Under the pieces are notes generated by a model that worked only from the letters and a program-made list of their open reading frames with translations, made no database searches and had not been told where the DNA came from. From the NCBI GenBank assembly GCA_965219345.1, contig OZ244732.1:832001-896000 (forward strand): a stretch of DNA of 64,000 bases, in the 5' to 3' direction. The stretch comes from Nitrosopumilus sp. (GTDB lineage Archaea > Thermoproteota > Nitrososphaeria > Nitrososphaerales > Nitrosopumilaceae). Shown in pieces: positions 54,843-64,000 of this stretch. The translations under genes and the position numbers were made by a program. Within the stretch, counting starts at the first letter, position 1. Each line of letters begins with the position of its first letter.

Positions 54843-57157
54843 TCTGCCAAATTGTGCATAGATTTCAAGTCTTTCTGAAATGATTTTAAAATTTCAGGAA
54901 TTTCCATTTTTATTGAGTCTTTTAATGATAAACTCTGAGATTTTTTCTCACTCCACACCTTGGAATTAAATTCAGTAATTTCTTTTGTAATGTCACTTAA
55001 CACTTCAATATTTTCAGGCTCAGCTTGTGCTTGTTTGTGTATACTTTCTTCTGAATACAAAATCTTCCAGAGATGTTCTGTAATAAATGGAGTAATTGGT
55101 GCTAATAATTTTAAAATTGTTGATAATGTTTTGTGTAATGTAAATATTGCTCCGTCTCTTTCCTCATCTGAAAAACCAATTCCATAGGCTCTTGCTTTGA
55201 CCATTTCAATATAGTGCGCTGCAAATAAATTCCATGTGAATTCTCTAATTGCAACTGCAGGAATGAAAAAGTTGTATTCCTCATATCCTTTCTTGCATTC
55301 TTTTACCAAATTATCTAATTCTGACAAAACCCATTTGTCGGATGCATTAAGTGTCCCTGATTCAATTACTGGGAAACTAGACAAGAATCTTGACACATTC
55401 CATAACTTGCTAAGGAATTTTTTAGTTGATTCAATTTTTTGTTCGTTACATCTAAAATCAGATCCATGATTAGTCTCACTTGCACTCCAAAATCTAAAAG
55501 TGTCCGCACCTAATTTTTCAATGACTGGTAAAGGATCAATTGCATTTCCTTTACTTTTACTCATCTTCATTCCTTTTTCATCAAGACCATATCCCATTAT
55601 CCAAGCTTCAGACCATGGTTTTTCCCCTGTAAGCTGTTCACATCTTAGTAGTGTATAGTATAACCATGTTCTAACAATATCTTTTGCTTGAGGTCGTATT
55701 GAAGCGGGATATACCTTGCCAAAAAATTCCTCATCTTTCCTGAATTTGCTTACAAAAAGGGGTGATATGCTAGAATCCATCCATGTATCAAAAGTTCGTT
55801 CTTCTCCTACAAATTCTGTAGATTGACATTTTGGACATTGATTAATTGGACAATCTTCCTTCCATGGTTTATAGTACTTTCCAGGCTCAGGAACGTAAGA
55901 TTCCGAGCATTTTTTACAATACCAAATTGGGATTTCAGTACCATAATATCTTCTTCTTGAAATTGGCCAATCTATGTTGATGGATTCAAGCCAATTCATT
56001 AAGATTTGTTTGTGCATTGCGGGGTGAAATATAATCTCTTGTCCTAACTTCTTCATTTTTTCAACTGATTCTTTTTGTTTTAAATAATATTCTTCCATTG
56101 GAATTATTTCAATAGGAATTTTACTCCTCTCAGATACTGGCGTTCTGTGGATAATATCTTCAATTTTCTCTACAAATCCTTTAGATTCCAAGTCTTCTAT
56201 GATTTTTGTTCTTGCTTGTTTTGGTTTTAGTCCAACATATTCTCCTGCTACTTCAGTCATTCTCCCATCTAGATCAATTGCAACAATCTCTTCTAATCCT
56301 AATTCTCTAAACAACGCTACATCGCTTTGATCACCATAACTACATACCATTACCGCGCCTGAACCAAATTCTTGTTGAGCAGAATGATGTGTTCGTAATT
56401 CAACTTCTGCATTAGTTATCGGAACAATTATTTTCTTCCCAATGTACTGCGTGTATCTTTCGTCTTCTGGATTTACAATAATTGTTTTGCATGCACAGAC
56501 TAATTCTGGTCTTGTGCTTGCTATAACTATCTCCTTGCCTGTATCCTTTATTTTGAATTTCATGTAAACTAGTTTAGTTGGCAAATCTTCGTATATGATT
56601 TCTGCATCTGCAATGGTCGTTCCTGAAACCCAATCATAGTTGTTAGGTCTGTTTGCTAGATACACTTGATCTTTTTTCCATAACTCAATGAATGTTGATT
56701 GTGTAAGTGCTCTATATTCTTCTGAATCCGTTCTATAGTAGTTTGAAAAATCTCCACTAATTCCCATATTTTTCATAATTAGAATCATCTCAGCTTCTAA
56801 ATCGCCAAGTGCATTTTTACAAAGATTCAGAAATTCGTTCCTATCAGTTTCTCTCATTCTAATTTTGTGCTTTTTTTCAGTGTACAGTTCTACTGGAAGT
56901 CCATTTCTATCAATTCCTATGGGAAAGTAGACATTTTTTCCTGCCATTCTTGCAGTACGTGCAATCATGTCAATTTGTGAATAATGTGCCGCTGCTCCAA
57001 TATGCCATGGCCTACCTGATGGATATGGTGGAGGAGTATCTATGGTATAATTTTTTTCTTGCGGAACAAAATCATAAATTTTTTCTTCTTCCCATTGTTT
57101 GAGAATTTTTTTTTCTAACTCTGGATTCCATGCTTTTTCTGTTATTTTTGGTTCCAT
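54839..57157 (-). CDS. valS: valine--tRNA ligase
   Basis: IDTPPPYPSG, STRPE, DWPISR, FDTWMDS and KMSKS; ATG at 57157 (MEPK). Confidence 0.95.
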   Translation of the reverse strand: MEPKITEKAWNPELEKKILKQWEEEKIYDFVPQEKNYTIDTPPPYPSGRPWHIGAAAHYSQIDMIARTARMAGKNVYFPIGIDRNGLPVELYTEKKHKIRMRETDRNEFLNLCKNALGDLEAEMILIMKNMGISGDFSNYYRTDSEEYRALTQSTFIELWKKDQVYLANRPNNYDWVSGTTIADAEIIYEDLPTKLVYMKFKIKDTGKEIVIASTRPELVCACKTIIVNPEDERYTQYIGKKIIVPITNAEVELRTHHSAQQEFGSGAVMVCSYGDQSDVALFRELGLEEIVAIDLDGRMTEVAGEYVGLKPKQARTKIIEDLESKGFVEKIEDIIHRTPVSERSKIPIEIIPMEEYYLKQKESVEKMKKLGQEIIFHPAMHKQILMNWLESINIDWPISRRRYYGTEIPIWYCKKCSESYVPEPGKYYKPWKEDCPINQCPKCQSTEFVGEERTFDTWMDSSISPLFVSKFRKDEEFFGKVYPASIRPQAKDIVRTWLYYTLLRCEQLTGEKPWSEAWIMGYGLDEKGMKMSKSKGNAIDPLPVIEKLGADTFRFWSASETNHGSDFRCNEQKIESTKKFLSKLWNVSRFLSSFPVIESGTLNASDKWVLSELDNLVKECKKGYEEYNFFIPAVAIREFTWNLFAAHYIEMVKARAYGIGFSDEERDGAIFTLHKTLSTILKLLAPITPFITEHLWKILYSEESIHKQAQAEPENIEVLSDITKEITEFNSKVWSEKKSQSLSLKDSIKMEIPEILKSFQKDLKSMHNLAD

Positions 57158-57164
57158 TTCTTTA

Positions 57165-57980
57165 CTATCTAGAGATATTTGAGATGATGTGAGAACCTTT
57201 GTTATACCCTTCATAGATGTATACACCCACTGCTTCTACATTTGATGGCATTTTTGGTGCTAATAGTTTTATAATTTCGCTTGAAAGATTTTCAACAGTA
57301 GCTTCTCCTTCTAAAAGATATGTAGTGTTTTTTGGAACTTGTAATTCAAACATTCCTTTAGGACCTTCAAATTGAATTAGATAATGTGAATCATCCTCAC
57401 TCTTTAGATATTTCTTGTTAATGAAAAATTTATGATCAAATATGTTAACAACTTCTTTGATAATTTTTTTTGCTACACCAAAATCTAAAAGTAGATTATC
57501 TTTCATTTGTCCTATAAGCTCTACCATTACAGAAGATGTGTGTCCATGTAGGATAGAACATTTTTCAACTAATGGAAGTATATGTGCATAATCAAATGAG
57601 AATGATCCATCTTCTAAAAATATAGAACCTGTCTGTGGTGTCTTGTCATAAAATACTATATCTTGTAACTCTTTAATTTGTGCAACATATTTTGCATGTC
57701 CAATTGCCATTACTTTGTCTTGAGGAAAATCTTCTTTGATTTGTTTGTATTTTTTAATGTCTTCGTCATTATCAATTACTTCAATCAATCCTTTCTTTGT
57801 TTTAAAATCAATTGTGACATCATTCCCGTTCTTTAAGGTGAGTTTGTAATTGTATTGGTATTCTTCATCAAGAAAAGTAAGCATTTGCGCGACTGTTAAC
57901 TCGGTTCTTGTTCTAAGTAAATTTCCCTTTTTATCGATATATCTAAAGTCTGAATCTAGAATTGTAGGACTTGAAGCCAT
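57165..57980 (-). CDS. queD: QueD/6-pyruvoyl-tetrahydropterin synthase family protein with an extra N-terminal domain
   Basis: FDYAH, CSILHGH, FDH and ATVENL in the C-terminal half. Confidence 0.8.
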   Translation of the reverse strand: MASSPTILDSDFRYIDKKGNLLRTRTELTVAQMLTFLDEEYQYNYKLTLKNGNDVTIDFKTKKGLIEVIDNDEDIKKYKQIKEDFPQDKVMAIGHAKYVAQIKELQDIVFYDKTPQTGSIFLEDGSFSFDYAHILPLVEKCSILHGHTSSVMVELIGQMKDNLLLDFGVAKKIIKEVVNIFDHKFFINKKYLKSEDDSHYLIQFEGPKGMFELQVPKNTTYLLEGEATVENLSSEIIKLLAPKMPSNVEAVGVYIYEGYNKGSHIISNISR

Positions 57981-58050
57981 GTAAAGTCATCTGACTTTGG
58001 ATATAATATAAATTCTGTAACGATGGTACCTGAAAATTCATCTTTTACAA

Positions 58051-58341
58051 TTATACCAAAGAATTTAGAATTTTGGCTAGATTGACATCATTTTTTGTAA
58101 TGCCTCCAGCATCATGAGTTGTTAATTCTATAGTGATTTTGTTGTACACGTTAAACCATTCTGGGTGATGATTCATTTTTTCAATTTCCATAGCTGCTCT
58201 AGTCATAAAACCAAATGCTTGGTTAAAGTTATCAAGCTGAAATTCTTTGTGAAGTTTCTCATTTACAACACTCCAGCCTGGCAGATTCTTTAGTTCTTCA
58301 TCAATGTCTGTTTGTGATAACCTCATCATATCGTATTGCAC
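58051..58341 (-). CDS. pterin-4-alpha-carbinolamine dehydratase
   Basis: [12 protein letters not shown] and TTHDAGG. Confidence 0.93.
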   Translation of the reverse strand: MQYDMMRLSQTDIDEELKNLPGWSVVNEKLHKEFQLDNFNQAFGFMTRAAMEIEKMNHHPEWFNVYNKITIELTTHDAGGITKNDVNLAKILNSLV

Positions 58342-58405
58342 AGAACGCTAAATTAATAGTTAAGGGATTTGATTCATTACCATTCTTATGGAATCTAACA
58401 TGTGA

Positions 58406-59167
58406 GTGATTGTGGAATCTATGGAAAAAGAATTATTTGAAAATATTAAAAATTCAATTTCTGAGACTGTTAAAGAAAAAAAAATTGGAATTGCTTTTTC
58501 TGGTGGTGTTGATAGTACATTAATCTCAAAAATTTGTTCAGATATGGATTATGATGTTACATTACTGACAATTGGTTTTCCAGAATCACATGATATTTTA
58601 TTTGCAAAACAAGTTAATGAGTGTCTGAACTACTCTCATCATATTTTGGAAATTGACTCAAAAACTTTTCCTGCTATTTCATCAAAAATTCACCAGACAA
58701 TTAACACAGATAATCTATCATGGAATGAAAATTGTATTGCATTTCATTATGTGTCTAAACTAGCAAAAAGCTTAGAACTTGAGAGTGTGGTTACTGCAAA
58801 TGGAATGGATGAATTGTTTTGTGGTTATAATGCCTATAGAGAAGCATTTTCCGGAGGCGAATCTAAAATTCATCAAGTTATGATCTCTAAATTAAACAAC
58901 GAACTAAAAATGATGAAGGCCGTAAATCTAATTGCATCAGAGTTTAAAGTAAAAATTATTCAACCCCTACTCTCTTCTAAATTCATAGATTATGCTAAAA
59001 CCATTCCTTTATCTGAGAAAATTCATGATTCTGAGGACTTGTATCGTAAACATATCATAAGAAAATTAGCTAGTCAAATCGATGTTCCAGAAATTTCTTG
59101 TACAAAAAGAAAGAAAGCCTTACAATATGGCTCTAAAATCCATAAGGCATTATTAAAAACTAGATGA
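58406..59167 (+). CDS. asparagine-synthase C-terminal (ATP pyrophosphatase) domain protein without glutaminase domain
   Basis: SGGVDS PP-loop, G.DELFCGY and RKKALQYGS. Confidence 0.85.
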   Translation: MIVESMEKELFENIKNSISETVKEKKIGIAFSGGVDSTLISKICSDMDYDVTLLTIGFPESHDILFAKQVNECLNYSHHILEIDSKTFPAISSKIHQTINTDNLSWNENCIAFHYVSKLAKSLELESVVTANGMDELFCGYNAYREAFSGGESKIHQVMISKLNNELKMMKAVNLIASEFKVKIIQPLLSSKFIDYAKTIPLSEKIHDSEDLYRKHIIRKLASQIDVPEISCTKRKKALQYGSKIHKALLKTR

Positions 59168-60524
59168 ATTTTTTAACTGCCTTTTGAACTGATTTTTTTA
59201 CATTACTGATAATTGCAGGTGATGCCCCAAGATGTTTCTCTGGTAAAAATATTGCATCAATTTCTTTGTCAGTTAATTTTGAAGAAAATGCTTTATCGTT
59301 TTTGATAGCGTCTATGAATTGCATTCCCTTGTCATTTGCCTTGAATGCAACTCTTTGAACATCTTTGTATGCCACAAATCTTGGAACGCCTTTTTTGATT
59401 AGTGCTTCTAAAACAAATTCTGCAAATATTTGCCCTTTTGTGATGTAAAGATTCTCTACAATTCTTTTCTCATTCACCATCAAGTTTGAAATAATTCTAG
59501 TCATAGTTTCTAACATTTCATCAACTAGGATAGATACTGTTGGAATTACAAACCTCTCATTAGCTGAATTTGAAAGATCTCGCTCATGCCATAATGGAAT
59601 GTTTTCAAAGGAAATTCCTACTTGACTACGTACCATTTTAGATAATGATGATACTCTCTCACTTTTGATTGGATTTCTTTTAACGGGAACTGCACTGCTG
59701 CCCATTTGTCCCTTCTTGAATTGTTCAGAAACCTCTCCAATCTCTGTTCTTTGCAAGTTTCTAATTTCTACTGCAATTTTTTCTAGAGTTGCACCAATCA
59801 ATGCTAATTCAAACACATATTCTGCATATCTCTCTCTTGGAACAACCTGAGTGGTAACTTCTGCTGGGTAAAGTTTCAGACGCTTTGCAACTCTTTTTTG
59901 CACTTCAAGTGATTTTGCACCCATTAAAGAACCAGTACCTACAACACCAAGTGTCTTACAAATCAGAATTCTTTTCTTCATCTCTTCAATTCTTTCTACA
60001 TGTTTTGCCATCTCTGCGGCCCAATTTGCAAATTTTAATCCAAATGAAATGATGCTTGCATGTTGTCCATGAGTTCTACCTACAGCTGGAATTTTTCCAT
60101 GTTTAACGGCTTTTTGCGCTAGAATTGATGCCATCTTTGCAACTTTTGGTTCAATAATTTTTAATGAATCATGAATCTGCATAGAATTACTGGTGTCTAC
60201 CAAATCATTACTTGTTAATCCATAATGAATCCATGGTCTAGCATCCTTTGTACACTTCTCACTTAATGATTCCACTAGCGCCGCAGTATCGTGATCACTT
60301 TTTGCTTCAAGCTGTTTGATTCTTTTTGCAGTAATCTTTCCTGACATTGCTGCTTTTAGAATTTTTTTCCCAACAGTTTTCGGAATAATTCCTATTTCAC
60401 TTTGTGAAATAGCAGCTGCACCTTCAATCTCTAATTGATAATTGATTTTCTTTTGTTCACTGAAAATTTCTATCATTTCCTTAGTGCCATAACGGCCACT
60501 GTCTATAGGTAAAATTGCCAACAT
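59160..60524 (-). CDS. purB: adenylosuccinate lyase
   Basis: HYGLTSND, GRTHGQHA and GSSAVPVKRNP. Confidence 0.96.
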   Translation of the reverse strand: MLAILPIDSGRYGTKEMIEIFSEQKKINYQLEIEGAAAISQSEIGIIPKTVGKKILKAAMSGKITAKRIKQLEAKSDHDTAALVESLSEKCTKDARPWIHYGLTSNDLVDTSNSMQIHDSLKIIEPKVAKMASILAQKAVKHGKIPAVGRTHGQHASIISFGLKFANWAAEMAKHVERIEEMKKRILICKTLGVVGTGSLMGAKSLEVQKRVAKRLKLYPAEVTTQVVPRERYAEYVFELALIGATLEKIAVEIRNLQRTEIGEVSEQFKKGQMGSSAVPVKRNPIKSERVSSLSKMVRSQVGISFENIPLWHERDLSNSANERFVIPTVSILVDEMLETMTRIISNLMVNEKRIVENLYITKGQIFAEFVLEALIKKGVPRFVAYKDVQRVAFKANDKGMQFIDAIKNDKAFSSKLTDKEIDAIFLPEKHLGASPAIISNVKKSVQKAVKKFI

Positions 60525-60645
60525 TATGACTTCAATTTATTGGAAAATAAATCTACTTCTTTATCCTACTTTTGTGCGTAGTTTAAACCAAAAGTTCTTT
60601 GATTGATGGTTTAAATTGGATTGAAAGAAAAATTCACCGATACTA

Positions 60646-62094
60646 ATGCCTGCTACAACTCCAAAAAAAATTGGAGAAAATCAATATCAAATTGATGCTG
60701 ATTCTAATCTTGGAATGAAAGTTCCTGTAAGGATCTATGCTGATGAACCCTTACTGCAGAAAATGTTATCCGATAGAACAATTATGCAGGCACAAAATGT
60801 TTCTTGTATTCCTGGAATACTTGGCCAAAGTATTGTTTTACCAGACGGTCATGAGGGTTACGGATTTCCAGTAGGCGGTGTTGCAGCCATGGATGCTGAA
60901 GAAGGAATGATCAGTCCAGGCGGTGTTGGATATGATATCAATTGTGGAGTTAGATTACTTCGTTCAAATTTAACTGAACAAACAGTTCGTTCAAAACTAA
61001 AAGAACTTGTAACTGATCTTTTTAGCTCTATTCCTTCGGGAGTTGGTTCTAAAGGCGCAATTAGACTTAGTCCTTCAGAACTTGATGAAGTTTTGGTAAG
61101 AGGAGTTAGTTGGGCAATTGATCATGGTTATGGTTCATCAGATGATTCTGATGTTTGTGAAGAGAATGGTCAAATTCCAAATGCTGATCCAAACAAAGTT
61201 TCTGACAAGGCAAGAAAAAGAGGAGCTCCTCAACTCGGAAGTTTAGGTTCTGGAAATCATTTTCTTGAAGTGCAGAAAGTTGCAGAAATTCATGATGAAG
61301 AAGCTGCAAACAGAATGGGAATTAAAGAAGGAACTATTACAATTTTGGTTCATTGTGGATCTAGAGGATTTGGTCATCAAGTGTGTAGTGACTATCTTAG
61401 AGTTGCAGAACAGGCAATGGGAAAATATGATATCAATTTACCAGACAGAGAACTTGCATGTGTTCCAAATAATTCTGAGGAAGGTGAATCTTACAGAAAA
61501 GCAATGTTTGCAGCGTTAAATTTTGCGTGGAGTAATAGACAAATGATAACTCATTGGACTAGGAAATCTTTTGAACGTGTATTTAATCAAACAGAATCTG
61601 ATCTTGATATGAAATTAGTTTATGATGTTGCTCATAACATTGCAAAAGTGGAAAAACACAAAGTTGACGGAAAAGAACGGAATGTAGTTGTTCATAGAAA
61701 AGGAGCAACACGAGCTTTTCCTGCAAACCGTGATGAAATACCTTCAAGATATCGTGATTTGGGACAGCCTGTTTTGGTTCCAGGCTCTATGGGGACTGCA
61801 AGCTGGATTTTGCTTGGACAACCCAATTCTATGGATTTGAGTTTTGGTTCAACTGCACATGGCGCTGGAAGAACAATGTCTAGAACAAAGGCTAGGAGAA
61901 ATTACACAGAGGATGACGTCAAAAAATCTCTTAATGATAAGGGCATATTTATCAAGGCGTTAACCAGAGATGGGATTGTGGAAGAGACTCCTCAAGCATA
62001 CAAGGATGTTGATGCTGTAGTGAATGTATCTCACAATCTAGGAATTGCCACAAAAGTAGCAAAATTAGTGCCTATAGGTGTGATTAAGGGTTGA
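60646..62094 (+). CDS. rtcB: RNA-splicing ligase RtcB
   Basis: PDGHEGYG, GYDINCG, GSGNHF, HRKGAT and HGAGR. Confidence 0.98.
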   Translation: MPATTPKKIGENQYQIDADSNLGMKVPVRIYADEPLLQKMLSDRTIMQAQNVSCIPGILGQSIVLPDGHEGYGFPVGGVAAMDAEEGMISPGGVGYDINCGVRLLRSNLTEQTVRSKLKELVTDLFSSIPSGVGSKGAIRLSPSELDEVLVRGVSWAIDHGYGSSDDSDVCEENGQIPNADPNKVSDKARKRGAPQLGSLGSGNHFLEVQKVAEIHDEEAANRMGIKEGTITILVHCGSRGFGHQVCSDYLRVAEQAMGKYDINLPDRELACVPNNSEEGESYRKAMFAALNFAWSNRQMITHWTRKSFERVFNQTESDLDMKLVYDVAHNIAKVEKHKVDGKERNVVVHRKGATRAFPANRDEIPSRYRDLGQPVLVPGSMGTASWILLGQPNSMDLSFGSTAHGAGRTMSRTKARRNYTEDDVKKSLNDKGIFIKALTRDGIVEETPQAYKDVDAVVNVSHNLGIATKVAKLVPIGVIKG

Positions 62095-62507
62095 GCAAAG
62101 AAGATTCTGAACTTGAAAGACTAAAGGCAAAACGACTCGCTGAAATGCAAAAAAATATCTCCTCAAAACAAGAAATTGAAAAAACTCAAGGATTCAACCA
62201 AGAAAAACCTGTAGAAAATCCACGAGATTTACTCGTTAACATATTGGGATTTCGAGGATTAGAAGTTTTAGAAAACGCGGAATCTCAATTTCCCAATGAA
62301 ACCAAAATTATTGTAGAAAAATTATCTGAATTGCTTCAAACAGGTGAAATTAATGAAATTATTGACGGAGGAAAATTATTGACATTATTTAGATCAGCTG
62401 GACTAAGTATTAGAATGGCAACAAAAATCAATGTTGAACAAGATGGAAAATTTGTCTCTTTAAGTGACAAACTTAGTACCAAGTCATCTAATGACAGTGA
62501 CGAATAA
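62091..62507 (+). CDS. PDCD5-like double-stranded DNA-binding domain protein
   Basis: DSELERLKAKRLAEMQ N-terminus typical of the family. Confidence 0.7.
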   Translation: MSKEDSELERLKAKRLAEMQKNISSKQEIEKTQGFNQEKPVENPRDLLVNILGFRGLEVLENAESQFPNETKIIVEKLSELLQTGEINEIIDGGKLLTLFRSAGLSIRMATKINVEQDGKFVSLSDKLSTKSSNDSDE

Positions 62508-62818
62508 TGAGTGTGGTTCTAGAAGTTGGAACAAAAAATTATGTCGATGATTTACTATCAATTAAAAAAGCGCTTTCACATATGGAAAGTCTTGTAGGAG
62601 GTTATAATGGATATGTTCTTAGTGAACCTTCATCAAAGTTTGGCTGGACATTTTTTAAATTGGCTTTTAAACCTAATTTACAAAATGGCATAGAAGAAAA
62701 ATTTTCTGACATGTTGGTAAAATATCAAACTAGTGATCAACCACAAAAATTTGTAAAATTTATGACAGATTATTTTCATTCTAAAGGCTGTGACGTAAGA
62801 ATAAAGATGGTTGACTAG
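62507..62818 (+). CDS. hypothetical protein
   Basis: Translationally coupled (TAATG) to the upstream gene. Confidence 0.7.
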   Translation: MSVVLEVGTKNYVDDLLSIKKALSHMESLVGGYNGYVLSEPSSKFGWTFFKLAFKPNLQNGIEEKFSDMLVKYQTSDQPQKFVKFMTDYFHSKGCDVRIKMVD

Positions 62819-63342
62819 ACTCTTCTTCCTCTTTTTCCACCTTTCTTTCTAGTGGTATCATGAGGAATGGGTGTTACATCATCAATTCTTCCAATCTTAA
62901 ATCCACCTCTTGCTAATGCTCTAATAGCAGCTTGCGCACCTGGACCAGGTACTCTAGAACCAACTCCCCCTACTGCACGAACTCTGATATGAAATCCATC
63001 GAATCCTTTGTTTCTTGCAGATTCAACTACTGAATTTGCAGCTTTCATTGCAGCAAATGGTGATGACTCATATCTGTCAGCATTAACATGTATTCCGCCA
63101 GAACTGATGGAGACAGTTTCTCCACCGGTAAGATCAGTCAGGTGAATAATTGTATTATTGTAACTACTGTAAATGTGAACAATTCCCCATTTTTCAGGAC
63201 CTTCTTTTTTTGCCTCTGGTTGAGATTTTACTTCTTCTTTAGCCTCAGATTTAACTTCCTCAACCGGTGTTTCAGTCTCCTCAACTACTGCTTCGGTCTC
63301 TTCTGTTGCCACTTCCTCAACTTTGACTTCAATTTCTGACAA
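62815..63342 (-). CDS. rps11: 30S ribosomal protein S11 with acidic N-terminal extension
   Basis: [21 protein letters not shown] and DVTPIPHD; TTG start at 63342. Confidence 0.96.
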   Translation of the reverse strand: MSEIEVKVEEVATEETEAVVEETETPVEEVKSEAKEEVKSQPEAKKEGPEKWGIVHIYSSYNNTIIHLTDLTGGETVSISSGGIHVNADRYESSPFAAMKAANSVVESARNKGFDGFHIRVRAVGGVGSRVPGPGAQAAIRALARGGFKIGRIDDVTPIPHDTTRKKGGKRGRRV

Positions 63343-63459
63343 TGAATACTCACATCTTAAAGGGTTTAAAAAACATTGATTTTCCAATCTTGACTAAATT
63401 TGGTCACTTGGCATGAAATTAATGATTATTCATATACTGTTTTTAATTGAATTTTCTTA

Positions 63460-63780
63460 ATGACACCAATTCTTCTTTTAGCTATTGGAATTGTTATTGC
63501 AACTGCTTTACTAGGATCTATGGCATTCCAGTTTCTAACACCGATCAATGATATGATTTTGTCTCCATTGGAACAAAAATGTCAACTAATTGCCAATGAA
63601 GGATATAAAATTCATACACTTTATCCTAATTCAAATCCTGATGAACTTCCTACAGCTGATATGAAACGATTGATATACCTAGATGAAAAATGGATTAAAG
63701 AATGTGTTTCTGTTCTTCCAGCTGATTCAATAATTAATATTGCAAATAATGTAGATCGAAATTTTTCTTCTGGAGAATAG
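63460..63780 (+). CDS. membrane-anchored hypothetical protein
   Basis: N-terminal TM and two Cys. Confidence 0.65.
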   Translation: MTPILLLAIGIVIATALLGSMAFQFLTPINDMILSPLEQKCQLIANEGYKIHTLYPNSNPDELPTADMKRLIYLDEKWIKECVSVLPADSIINIANNVDRNFSSGE

Positions 63781-64000
63781 TTATCTAAAATGTTTCCATC
63801 CTAAATCTTTCAAACGAACGTAACTGTTGTTCTCTTGAACAAAAACCCCTTTACCTGACGTGACATACCCAATTTCTATAATTGGCGTTTTAAGCAATCG
63901 TGCATTTTTTTTAATTATTTGTCTAAATTTGGGTGATACTGTAAATACAATCTCATATTCTTCCCCACCATGAAAAATTAATGTGTTCAAATCAAATTTT
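63781..64000 (-). CDS. thiL: thiamine-monophosphate kinase C-terminus (partial)
   Basis: GGEEYEIVFT and terminal GWKHF. Confidence 0.88.
   Translation of the reverse strand, partial: KFDLNTLIFHGGEEYEIVFTVSPKFRQIIKKNARLLKTPIIEIGYVTSGKGVFVQENNSYVRLKDLGWKHFR

Noticed and set aside
63200-63342. Acidic Glu-rich N-terminal extension of S11
   Set aside because: Acidic low-complexity extensions on ribosomal proteins are common in this lineage; not treated as novel.

Overview
AT-rich chromosomal window from an ammonia-oxidising archaeon (Nitrosopumilaceae, most likely Nitrosopumilus-like). The assignment rests on amoA/amoX/amoC with divergent amoB, probable amoY/amoZ next to rps15, TBP, KEOPS genes and intron-containing tRNAs. 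Most of the window is housekeeping: tRNA modification, aminoacyl-tRNA synthetases, ribosomal proteins, aconitase, pdxST, purB and rtcB. Accessory or hidden features include (i) three tandem secreted thrombospondin type-3-like repeat proteins with a 615/1230-bp higher-order repeat; (ii) a decayed islet at 20.5-22.8 kb with a Fic gene and two head-on deletion fusions (integrase/HTTM and IS630-like/IS481-like); (iii) a ~3.3-kb element integrated in tRNA-Thr(GGT) whose SSV-type integrase is split by the att site; (iv) a lone 34-bp repeat/40-bp GC-rich insert/34-bp repeat unit in the tRNA-Thr promoter; (v) an unannotated box C/D sRNA at 24.4 kb and a two-hairpin H/ACA-like RNA candidate after pheT; (vi) candidate regulatory motifs in the amo cluster; and (vii) several small ORFs below the ORF-track cut-off. 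No database searches or folding programs were run. Family calls come from motif recognition.
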